Shown here in pieces: positions 48,565 to 57,227 of a DNA stretch of 64,000 nucleotides. The notes below the pieces were generated by a model. The model was not told the DNA's origin. It made no database searches and worked only from the letters and a program-made list of their open reading frames with translations. Made by a program: the position numbers and the translations under genes. Source of the stretch: an uncultured Phycisphaeraceae bacterium (GTDB taxonomy: Bacteria; Planctomycetota; Phycisphaerae; Phycisphaerales; Phycisphaeraceae); NCBI GenBank assembly GCA_964547135.1, contig CAZJMK010000011.1:2881-66880 (forward strand), read 5' to 3'. Position 1 is the stretch's first letter. Every line of letters begins with the position of its first letter.

Positions 48565-50490
48565 TTACTGCCGTTGCGTCTGCACAGGCACCCGGGGTTG
48601 GGTCGGCGCAGCCGGGGCGGGGGTGAGTTCAACGCCTGTGGGTACGGGGAACGCACGTGCCGGGTCCAGGCCGATCTCTTTGCTCTGTTCTTCAAACGCT
48701 GTCCGCAGACGTTGATACACCCGGCCCTGCAACACCGTCGGCGTGTTCCGCCAGATGCGCGCCTTGAGCAAAATGTCTTCCGCACTGTTGATCGGGGCCA
48801 TCATCAACCCGATGTAGGTTTCCGCCACCACCTGATCAAACGGCAGAAACGCCATGCGCCGCTGATCCAGGTTCGGGTTGGCCACCGCACGCGCCTGATT
48901 TTTTTCATGCGCCAGTTTGGCCATCTGCACCGAATGTTCAAACACCTCCAGCCGATTGTTCGCAAGTCCCTGCGTGAACGCCTGAATCAGCATCGAATCA
49001 ATGAACTGGCGGGCAAAACTCAACTGATCAATATTCTCCGACAATTCACCGAACACCAGTTCCACCAAGGGCTGCGTGTATTTGCCGCTGGCGATACGTT
49101 CAGGCCGACTGCCGTAAAGCTCGCGCACGCGCTGGTAATAACGATTGGCTTCCTCCTGCGATCCGTACAGGTATGACCACACAATGGCCTTGAGCAGAAA
49201 ATTCTCATGACCAGCCTGGTAACTTTCCTTGGGGTTGCCCCGCCATTCACGTGCCATTAAATCACTGATCGCCAATTCCCACGCCTTTTCATAAGCCGGG
49301 ATGAACCGCGGGTCCGGCAGCAGATCCAAACGACCGGTGAACGGATCAAAATTCACCCGTCCCGAATCGGTCAGCGATTGCAGACTGTGCACCACCTGCC
49401 GATAGGTGTTGAGCAGGTCCACCTGCTGACTGCCCTTGATTTCCCCCGCCACGCGCGTGCCCATCGCATTCCAATACAGCGCCTGCGCCGCCGGGTGACG
49501 AAAATCCAGCGGACCAAAACCAAACCCGCCTTCGGCTTCAGGCAGCATCAATTCCAGCATGAACGCCGGGTCCATGAAGTAATCATCACGCAACGCCTGT
49601 TTGCGTAAATACGGCAGCAGCGCGTCCCACGCCGTCGCCAAGGCCGGCCGTTGATACAACTCCACCAGGCGACGATCAAAAATATCAGGGCGCTCGTTGC
49701 TGGAAAGCCCCAGGGCCGTCGCGTCCTCCGACTGTTTGAACATCACCAGCCGACCGACCTGTCGCAGCAGCCGAGTGTCGATGTCAAACCCCAGTCGATT
49801 CAACTCGGCCAGCAACTGTTCGACCTGTGGCGAGGCTTTGCGCAACTCTGAAAGTGTGTCCGGCGCAGCAACAATTTTCCTCCAGGGTTCAACCACTTTT
49901 TGAATGTCATTGGACCCGATCGGCGCACCGAGCAGCTCATGCCACTCTTCCGCGAGTCTGCGCTTGTAGTACCAGTGCATGTCGTCCATGAACCCGCCGA
50001 CTTTATGGAAAAAGATGTAGCCCAGTTCCTTGTAAAGCTGCACATTTCGCGGATTCAGCGGAATGCCCCGGTCACGCAAAAGTCGTATGCCCTTGTTGAC
50101 CCAATCCCACCGTTCCTGCGGCGTGTACGTGGCGACGGAAATGTTGTACGCCATGTTCCAGGCATGAAACACCCACACCGAGGCAAACGACGGTTGCAGC
50201 GTCGTGATCCACTCCGCCAATGAGTTGGCTTCGTAAAACTTACCCTGCTCTTTGAGCTTGTTGGTGCGATACCACAAAATGTCCGCCACGAGTCCGCGAA
50301 ACGCGCCCATCGCCGCCGTGGTCACCGTCGTGAGCGTGGCCTGTCCCTGCACCGCCTTTGCCGGAAGTTCCGAATGAAACTGCTGATCGATCCGTTGCGC
50401 ACGAATCGGCCCACTGAGCATCGCCGCCGCCCCCAGCAGCACCACCATGCCCACCACACACAGAAGTTGAATCCAATGATTGCGCGTCAT
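48565..50490 (-). CDS. N-terminally anchored hypothetical protein (641 aa), last gene of the SPFH/ABC operon
   Basis: Single N-terminal TM. Large Trp/Tyr-rich soluble domain. No recognisable motif. Confidence 0.4.
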   Translation of the reverse strand: MTRNHWIQLLCVVGMVVLLGAAAMLSGPIRAQRIDQQFHSELPAKAVQGQATLTTVTTAAMGAFRGLVADILWYRTNKLKEQGKFYEANSLAEWITTLQPSFASVWVFHAWNMAYNISVATYTPQERWDWVNKGIRLLRDRGIPLNPRNVQLYKELGYIFFHKVGGFMDDMHWYYKRRLAEEWHELLGAPIGSNDIQKVVEPWRKIVAAPDTLSELRKASPQVEQLLAELNRLGFDIDTRLLRQVGRLVMFKQSEDATALGLSSNERPDIFDRRLVELYQRPALATAWDALLPYLRKQALRDDYFMDPAFMLELMLPEAEGGFGFGPLDFRHPAAQALYWNAMGTRVAGEIKGSQQVDLLNTYRQVVHSLQSLTDSGRVNFDPFTGRLDLLPDPRFIPAYEKAWELAISDLMAREWRGNPKESYQAGHENFLLKAIVWSYLYGSQEEANRYYQRVRELYGSRPERIASGKYTQPLVELVFGELSENIDQLSFARQFIDSMLIQAFTQGLANNRLEVFEHSVQMAKLAHEKNQARAVANPNLDQRRMAFLPFDQVVAETYIGLMMAPINSAEDILLKARIWRNTPTVLQGRVYQRLRTAFEEQSKEIGLDPARAFPVPTGVELTPAPAAPTQPRVPVQTQRQ

Positions 50491-50636
50491 GTTCGGGGCG
50501 AATCGGTTAATTGGTTAACAGGTTGGTCAGACGCCGAGCCCTTCAGGGCCGGATGATCGTTGAATGAAACCGGGGCTAAAGCCCTCGGCGTCATTTTTTT
50601 CCATGGTTTATTTCTCTGCACTCGACCACTTTCTAT

Positions 50637-52478
50637 TCACTGCGTTACCGTCGCCAGTTCACGTCGTTTCAATATCCACCAGCCGACCAGCCCGGTCAAT
50701 CCGCAACCCAGCACCCCCAGCGACAAGCTCGCCCTGCCCACCAATTCCCCCGTCACCACCCGGCCGTCGGCCAATAACGTTGACGGACTGAACTTGCTCA
50801 GCGACGGCATCATCCATATCACCAAATTCCCCAGCCCGCCGACCACCATTTTGAACGCCTCATTGAATTTGCCGGCAATCAAGTGCCCGATCAGTGTCGC
50901 GGGCCAGCCGGCGATTTTTTCCCACCAACCCGCTCCCTCCAGCCCGGTGGCCCCGAAGTTGCCCACCGCTTCGCCCAAAAACCCGCTGCCGCTGCCCACC
51001 AGATACACCAACATGCAAAGCAGGCACGCCACCGGGAAACCCAAAAACGTACCCGCTGCCAGACCGAGCATCGCCAGAAACGCTAATTGCCACCAAATCA
51101 GTACGAGCGACCGTACCATGTTGTTTTCAAACCCGCCTACGCGATACAACAATTCCAACCCCTCGCCGGGCGTGAAACTCACGCTGCCGGCCGGGGTCGT
51201 TCGCGGGTCCATCAAATTGACATGGGCAATGGTCAGTTCCAATTGCCCCTGCTCATTGATCAATTCCGCAGGCAACGGTATCACCGAAAACTGATCGTGG
51301 GCCACATCGATCTGCATCGGCAAACCCTCCGCCGACAACGGCCAGGGTCGCCCGTTGATCGCAAACGCCAAATACACCTTGCCGTCCTCCGGCGACTGCG
51401 AAGCCCTCGGTTTCATCCGTAACTGCAACGGCACCCCCGCCTGTTTGGCGCGCTGCAATCCGCCAAACACAAACGTCTGCGTGCCCATCGGCGGAACCGT
51501 GTACCAGCGCGTCAGAATCACACTGCGAATCGCATTGATGTCCGCCTGTGACAATTCCTTGGGCTGCTGATCGGTGCCGAATTTTTCCGGGTTTTCACGA
51601 CGCAACTGCGCCAGTCGTTGCGTGAACAATTCCTGAAAGTTCATCGTCGTCGGCATGGCCGCTTCGACCGACCGCCGGGCGGATAACACTTCATAATCGA
51701 CCGTCGCCCGGTCCACCGCGTCCGCCGCCGGCTGGGTTTGCAACACCTTGGCGAACACGTAAATGCCCCCGCCCGCAGCCGACAACAACCATAAATTGAG
51801 CAGCACAATGCCCAGCCATTTGCCCGCCAGGTATTGCCCGCGACCGATCGGCTTGCTGAAGGTCAGGTAAATCTGCTTCTGACGAATTTCATTGCAAATC
51901 GTGCCCGCTGCCAGAAACACCGTCATCAGCGACAGCAATACCCCCGTGCCCGAAATCGCCCAACTCAAAAAGGTTTTGAGGCGATAGTTGAGCAGCTCCC
52001 GCGGGTCCATCAGCAGCGGCAATATCGGCACCAGCACCGCCACGCCCACAATGAACACCAAGGCCACTTTCATCCGCACCGCTTCATCGACAAGTGTGCG
52101 TGCCACGCCGATGATCGGATGTGAGCCGGACAAAACCACCCGCAGCAAAAGCAAACCCAGCGCGAACATCAAACCCATCGACCACACGCCGCCCAACCCG
52201 ATCGCCCAGCCCTGTGCCCCGCGTGCCCACAACCCCCAAACGACCAGGGCCATGAGGTTGGAACCGATCACCACCCCAGCCGACCACTTCACCCAGCGAC
52301 GATCGCGCCATAACCACATGCCCAGGTACACCCAAAGCAGTGCCGTCAACCCCGCGCCCAGCCCCAACCACTGCGCCAACCCCGCAGCCCCCTGTGCCGC
52401 GATCAATGGCGCAACGACCACCGCCAGCGCCACCAGCGCTGTGAGCACCGCCCACCATGTCCAAACTTTTGCTTTCAT
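50637..52478 (-). CDS. ABC-2 family permease with large extracytoplasmic domain
   Basis: ABC-2 permease motif NEIRQKQIYLTFSKPIGRGQYLAGKW. A ~230-aa soluble insert lies between TM bundles. Confidence 0.65.
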   Translation of the reverse strand: MKAKVWTWWAVLTALVALAVVVAPLIAAQGAAGLAQWLGLGAGLTALLWVYLGMWLWRDRRWVKWSAGVVIGSNLMALVVWGLWARGAQGWAIGLGGVWSMGLMFALGLLLLRVVLSGSHPIIGVARTLVDEAVRMKVALVFIVGVAVLVPILPLLMDPRELLNYRLKTFLSWAISGTGVLLSLMTVFLAAGTICNEIRQKQIYLTFSKPIGRGQYLAGKWLGIVLLNLWLLSAAGGGIYVFAKVLQTQPAADAVDRATVDYEVLSARRSVEAAMPTTMNFQELFTQRLAQLRRENPEKFGTDQQPKELSQADINAIRSVILTRWYTVPPMGTQTFVFGGLQRAKQAGVPLQLRMKPRASQSPEDGKVYLAFAINGRPWPLSAEGLPMQIDVAHDQFSVIPLPAELINEQGQLELTIAHVNLMDPRTTPAGSVSFTPGEGLELLYRVGGFENNMVRSLVLIWWQLAFLAMLGLAAGTFLGFPVACLLCMLVYLVGSGSGFLGEAVGNFGATGLEGAGWWEKIAGWPATLIGHLIAGKFNEAFKMVVGGLGNLVIWMMPSLSKFSPSTLLADGRVVTGELVGRASLSLGVLGCGLTGLVGWWILKRRELATVTQ

Positions 52479-52719
52479 TGCTGAATCACTGTCGGGGTGC
52501 ATGTGGGCAGGCGTTGCTATCAACCCACTGCGGTTTTCGTCTGTGGCACCCAAAGCGTTTCAATACATTGCTTGATACCACTCGTGGCGCTGGCTTATCA
52601 ATGCGAGGTTCGCTGAATCGGAGGGCTTCCACAACCAGCCTTTTTTCTCAATTCGAAATTCGACGGCTTCAACAGCGGGGCTTCCCGCTCAATTCGAAAT
52701 TCGAAATTCGAAATCAGTT

Positions 52720-54267
52720 TTATTTGTCTCCCTTTTTCTCCTGCTCGTCCTCTTCGTAAGCCGGCGTCTGTGTCAGTGCATCCAAAAACGAAGTATCCGG
52801 CTTTTCTTCATCACCCTCACCCGCCACCTGCTTTGCCGATACCTGCGACGTCGGCTGGTTTTTTACCGGGGCCGGGGGCGGGGGCGGGGCCGGGGTGTCG
52901 CTTTCATTTTTCCACTGATTGCCCAGTTGATTGATCGCGGCCAATTCCTCCGCGGTGGGCGGGGCTTCAAACGCATCCGCATTGTGACCGGCAGGTTGAA
53001 TGGGCGATGTCGAAACTTGCGTGCTGCCTGGCGCGGGTGGCGGGGTTTCTTCCGCTTTGCTCCACTGCGAACCCATCAAATCCGCCAGGGCTGATTCATC
53101 GACCTGTTCTTCCACTTTTGGCGATGTCGGCACGGCCGCTCCCGATGCCACGGTCATACCGCCTGCTACAGCCGCTGCGCCGATCCCTGCACCCGCAGCC
53201 GTCGTATTGGCCGAGTTCGTAGTCGTCGCCTTCGCCGGGGGTGTTGTTTGTGTGAGTGATTCGAGCACCCGCTGCGGCTCCACCGATTCGGTTTTCGTCG
53301 CTCCCGAGCGATCCGCCAAAAAGTCCGCAATCGCGCCGGTGTTGCGTGCCCCCGAAGTCTGCGCTCCCTCGGCCTGGGCCTGGGTGACGATATCCAAAAA
53401 AAATGCTTCGAGTGATTGCCGGGGTTGCTGCACCCGGTCCAAATGCTTGCCGCGTTGTTCGAGCAACTGTTCAATCGCGTTGATCGTGTCGCCGTCGAGT
53501 ACCGGGGCTTCGAGGGTGGTTTTATCCTGCCGGGTGAGCAATTCATCGGTCGTGCCCAGTGCTCTGATTTTTCCGCCGAACATGATCGCCACGCGGTCGC
53601 ACACATCCTCCACATCCGACAGCAGGTGCGAGCAAAGAATGATGGTTTTGCCCCGCCGTGATAGTTCGAGAATGAGGTCCTTGATCTGCCTGGTGCCGAT
53701 CGGGTCCATGCCTGTCGTCGGCTCATCGAGGATCAATAAATCCGGGTCGTTGATCAACGCCTGTGCCAAGCCGATGCGCCGCTGCATGCCCTTGGAATAT
53801 TCCCCCACCGCCCGCCGTTGCACGCCCTCCAGCCCGACCATTTCCAGCAGCTTGTCAATGCGCTGCCGGCGTTGCGTCGCATCCAAATGAAACAATCGCC
53901 CGTAGTAATCAAGGGTTTCCCGTGCATTGAGGAACCGGTACAGGTACGAGTCCTCCGGCAAATACCCAATGCGTTTTTTCGTGGCCACGTCCTCCGGCGA
54001 CTTGCCGAACACCACCACCTTGCCAGCCGACGGTCGAAGCAACCCCAGCGTCAGTTTGATCGTCGTCGATTTGCCCGAACCATTAGGCCCAAGCAAACCA
54101 AACACCTCACCCCGGCGAATGTCAAAGTGGATGCCATCAACCGCCTTGGCCTTGGCGCGCAGCCAAAAGTCACGGAACACCTTGGTCAATGCCACCGCAT
54201 GCACCACCACCTCGCCGGGGTCGGTCGTGCGCACGGAAGTCGGTTGGGTAGCGGTGAGTGTGGTCAT
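52720..54267 (-). CDS. ABC transporter ATP-binding protein with ~200-aa acidic low-complexity C-terminal tail
   Basis: Walker A GPNGSGKST, signature YSKGMQRRIGLA, Walker B LLILDEPTTGMD. The tail is Ala/Thr/Pro/Glu-rich with a duplicated QW..E..TPPPAP motif. Confidence 0.85.
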   Translation of the reverse strand: MTTLTATQPTSVRTTDPGEVVVHAVALTKVFRDFWLRAKAKAVDGIHFDIRRGEVFGLLGPNGSGKSTTIKLTLGLLRPSAGKVVVFGKSPEDVATKKRIGYLPEDSYLYRFLNARETLDYYGRLFHLDATQRRQRIDKLLEMVGLEGVQRRAVGEYSKGMQRRIGLAQALINDPDLLILDEPTTGMDPIGTRQIKDLILELSRRGKTIILCSHLLSDVEDVCDRVAIMFGGKIRALGTTDELLTRQDKTTLEAPVLDGDTINAIEQLLEQRGKHLDRVQQPRQSLEAFFLDIVTQAQAEGAQTSGARNTGAIADFLADRSGATKTESVEPQRVLESLTQTTPPAKATTTNSANTTAAGAGIGAAAVAGGMTVASGAAVPTSPKVEEQVDESALADLMGSQWSKAEETPPPAPGSTQVSTSPIQPAGHNADAFEAPPTAEELAAINQLGNQWKNESDTPAPPPPPAPVKNQPTSQVSAKQVAGEGDEEKPDTSFLDALTQTPAYEEDEQEKKGDK

Positions 54268-54269
54268 GG

Positions 54270-54478
54270 TGATGGTGAATCGGTTGGTCGGTGAATCGGT
54301 GAATCAAACGCCGAGCACTTTAGGGCCGGATGATCGTCGGAAGAATCCGGGGCTAAAGCCCTCGGCGTCTCGGCCACTTGGCCACTGCTTTCCGTCAGAT
54401 ACCCAAGTCCTCGTCCGCCTGCGGCGACCTCGTCCTTGGCTTGGCAAATCCGAAATTCGAAATTCCAAATTCGAAATT
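54270..54478. repeat. composite intergenic repeat block
   Basis: ggtgaatcggttggtcggtgaatcggtgaatc and the inverted pair aacgccgagcactttagggccggat / atccggggctaaagccctcggcgtc. The ccaagtcctcgtcc..cctcgtccttggcttgg hairpin and an (aaattcg)n tract are also present. Confidence 0.8.
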
Positions 54479-56004
54479 CATCTCCCCATCCGTGCATCCT
54501 GTTCGGCTTTCAACCTTGCCTGTTCACGTTGACGTTTCAAGTTCTGGTCACGGTTGAGGTCCAAATACGTCTGGCCCGTCGGCACGTAAAACACTTCAAT
54601 ATCACCGGTCATGGTCTGGTCCACCATGTCCTGCCAGCGACGTGACAAAAACACCCCCGGGCTTTGCTGATACTGTTGCAACAAACCCTGTTGCGGGCTG
54701 TCGGGGAAAATCGCTTTGGGGTTAAAGGCCAGTGCCTCCGCCTGCACCTGTGCGACGATCGACGATCGGGCTGCGCGTGCCTCGTTGATCGCCTGTGCCA
54801 CCCGTCCGCCGATGGGCGTCACCACTCGTTCCCGCATCGGCACCTCATGCTTTTCCAGTGCCGCTTCATACGCCCGGTTGGCGGCCACCACCTTCTCCGC
54901 TTCCGCTGCCGCCCGTCGCAACGCTTCGAGTTGCAGGTATGCGTTCCAAACTTCGTCCCCCGCGTCGCCATCCAGCCCCGCCCAGCCGGGCACGTTGAGG
55001 TGTTGAAACACCACATCCAAGCGGGCATCGAGTTTGGTCAATGCCTGCATATCACCCGCACCTCGGGCGCGTTCGTAGCGATCAATCAATCGGCGAATCG
55101 GCTCGTACCCCGCCCCTGCGGTTTCATTCAAACTCGAAAGCGCTTCCTGCCGGGCTTTTTCAATTTTCTGCGCCTTTTCACTGGCGGCTTCGGTCACCGC
55201 TCGGAACGCCGGCTGAACCGCTGCGGGGAACTTGGGCGTGCTCGCAGTCACTTCACTGACCAGTATGCCCGCCCCGAGGGTGTCCAACACCGTCTGCATG
55301 TGACGCTTGATCGCATCGGCACGCAGGTTGCCAAGTATCGCCTCGTCAGCCGTGACGGTTGCCACGGCGTGTACAATCGCTTCCTCAGCGGCGCCCTGCA
55401 CCAGTCGCTGTGCGGCGCCGAGTGCATTGCGCGGGTCCGACGATGGCGTGGTCACATTGCGGATGAAATCCAGCGGGCGATTGATTTCATACTTCACCGA
55501 AAACCGCGCGTGAATGATGTTGCCGTCGCCGGTGAGCAGCGACCCATCCTTTTCCGGGTTCAGCGGCCCAGCCCGACCTTCCGCCTCCGCCTCGGTCGCC
55601 GCCCCAGCCGGTATTTCATGCCAGAACTCTCGATTCAATGGAAGCTGTTGCGAAGCCACCGGAATGAACACCACCTGATCGATGGGGTACGGGAAGGCAA
55701 AGTAAACCCGACCGGGGCGCATGACCGCCTGTTCCGCGGTGTCGCCGACGATCTGCCCGAAGCGCAGCCGAACGCCGACTTCCTGTGCGGGAATGCCCCA
55801 AACAATGCCCGACAAAAGGTACAGCACCGCCAGCACGAGCATGATCAGTTTGAGTACGCCAAAGCTCACGCGCAAGGCGTCGGCCAGCGAGCGCTGAGCC
55901 GGGTCCATCTCCGCGGTGGGCAGCCCATGATCATGGTCGTGGTCATGATCGTGATCGTCATGACCGTGATGATGTTCAAACGGATTGAAGGGTTTTTCAG
56001 CCAT
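54478..56004 (-). CDS. hflK: HflK-like SPFH (band-7) protein with His/Asp-rich N-terminus
   Basis: N-terminal HHHGHDDHDHDHDHDHG, then a TM helix, SPFH domain and coiled-coil. Confidence 0.7.
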   Translation of the reverse strand: MAEKPFNPFEHHHGHDDHDHDHDHDHGLPTAEMDPAQRSLADALRVSFGVLKLIMLVLAVLYLLSGIVWGIPAQEVGVRLRFGQIVGDTAEQAVMRPGRVYFAFPYPIDQVVFIPVASQQLPLNREFWHEIPAGAATEAEAEGRAGPLNPEKDGSLLTGDGNIIHARFSVKYEINRPLDFIRNVTTPSSDPRNALGAAQRLVQGAAEEAIVHAVATVTADEAILGNLRADAIKRHMQTVLDTLGAGILVSEVTASTPKFPAAVQPAFRAVTEAASEKAQKIEKARQEALSSLNETAGAGYEPIRRLIDRYERARGAGDMQALTKLDARLDVVFQHLNVPGWAGLDGDAGDEVWNAYLQLEALRRAAAEAEKVVAANRAYEAALEKHEVPMRERVVTPIGGRVAQAINEARAARSSIVAQVQAEALAFNPKAIFPDSPQQGLLQQYQQSPGVFLSRRWQDMVDQTMTGDIEVFYVPTGQTYLDLNRDQNLKRQREQARLKAEQDARMGR

Positions 56005-56184
56005 GATTGCCTGTTCACAGGGGCGTGATGCCCGAGGTTGATTCTGTCAAAACATTGGGTTTTCGACCTTGGACTTTATCTCCGTCAGGTACCCGGGCCC
56101 TCGGCACGCGCTTCGCTTGTGCCTCGTTCCCGGCTTGGCTCTGAAAATCCGAAATCCGAAATTCGAAATTCATTGCCACTTCCA

Positions 56185-57081
56185 TCATTTCTCCGTCTTC
56201 CCCGGCGTCAGCATGTTTTCCACGCCCAGTTGCTCGGCACTGAGTACGAACGTCGAGTTGTGCGGCAATATTTTTTTGAGCGTGTCGATGCGCCGCAAAA
56301 AAATCGCCAACTGTTCATCTTCCTTGAACGCCTTGTAATACTCGGCTGCCTCCATCAATCCCTGGGTGCGAATGGCCTGCGCCCGGTTCTCGGCAAACGC
56401 CAGTATGATGCGTTGAATGCTCTGGGCTTCGCTCTTGATGGTCAGGGCCTGAAACTCGCCTTCCGACCGCGCGTTCTGCGCCAGGGTTTGCCGGGTCTGC
56501 CGCATGCGTTCGAACACCTTGGTGGTCACCTGTTCGGGCAGCACCATGCGCCGAATGCCAAAGTGCTCCACCTTCATGCCGAAGTTCTGCGCCTCCAGTT
56601 GCGCGTTGATGGCTGCCAAGGCCTGCTCCTCCGCCTGCGCCAGTTTGAGCTTGTTCATATCGGTGTTGACCAATTCATCAAACCGATATTTGCTGATGAT
56701 CTTGCGCAGCTCACGCACCATCGGCAGCACCTTCTTCTGCGCCTCCTCCACCGTCTTCACCCGGTTGTAAAACGACAGCGGATCGGAAATCCGCCAGGCC
56801 AGGTACGTGCGCGGTATCACCGCAAACCCGTCAGCCGTCTGCATCTCTTCCAACTGGTCTTCCAAAATCTGCACCCGTGTCGGAAATTTATACACCCCCT
56901 GCATCGGCGGCGGCAGGCGCAAATAGGGCCAGGGCCGGGGCGTTTTGACCGACCCCTCGTCCGCAGCGCCCAAGGTGGTCAGCACCGCCACCTCGTCGTA
57001 CCGCACCTGAAACATCAGCATGAAGCTGAGCAGGCTCACGCTCAGAATCACCGCCACGAACAGCATCAATCGACTTTTCAT
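56185..57081 (-). CDS. hflC: HflC-like SPFH protein
   Basis: N-terminal TM plus VRYDEVAVLTTLG SPFH start, typical of HflC. Confidence 0.7.
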   Translation of the reverse strand: MKSRLMLFVAVILSVSLLSFMLMFQVRYDEVAVLTTLGAADEGSVKTPRPWPYLRLPPPMQGVYKFPTRVQILEDQLEEMQTADGFAVIPRTYLAWRISDPLSFYNRVKTVEEAQKKVLPMVRELRKIISKYRFDELVNTDMNKLKLAQAEEQALAAINAQLEAQNFGMKVEHFGIRRMVLPEQVTTKVFERMRQTRQTLAQNARSEGEFQALTIKSEAQSIQRIILAFAENRAQAIRTQGLMEAAEYYKAFKEDEQLAIFLRRIDTLKKILPHNSTFVLSAEQLGVENMLTPGKTEK

Positions 57082-57129
57082 ATCAGAAACGACTCCGTTG
57101 AGGGATCATTTTTACCACAGAGACACACT

Positions 57130-57220
57130 GGGGCTTGTAGCTGGGTGCTTGGGGCTGGGCTTTGGTTTGATCGCCATTCACCTGTCTCTGCCCAGCACCT
57201 AGCTCCTAGTCCCCAGCTCC
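57130..57220. repeat. gene-less MITE-like element (same family) inside the SPFH operon
   Basis: ggggcttgtagctgggtgcttggggctgggc ... gcccagcacctagctcctagtccccagctcc. Confidence 0.7.
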
Positions 57221-57227
57221 GTGCAAT

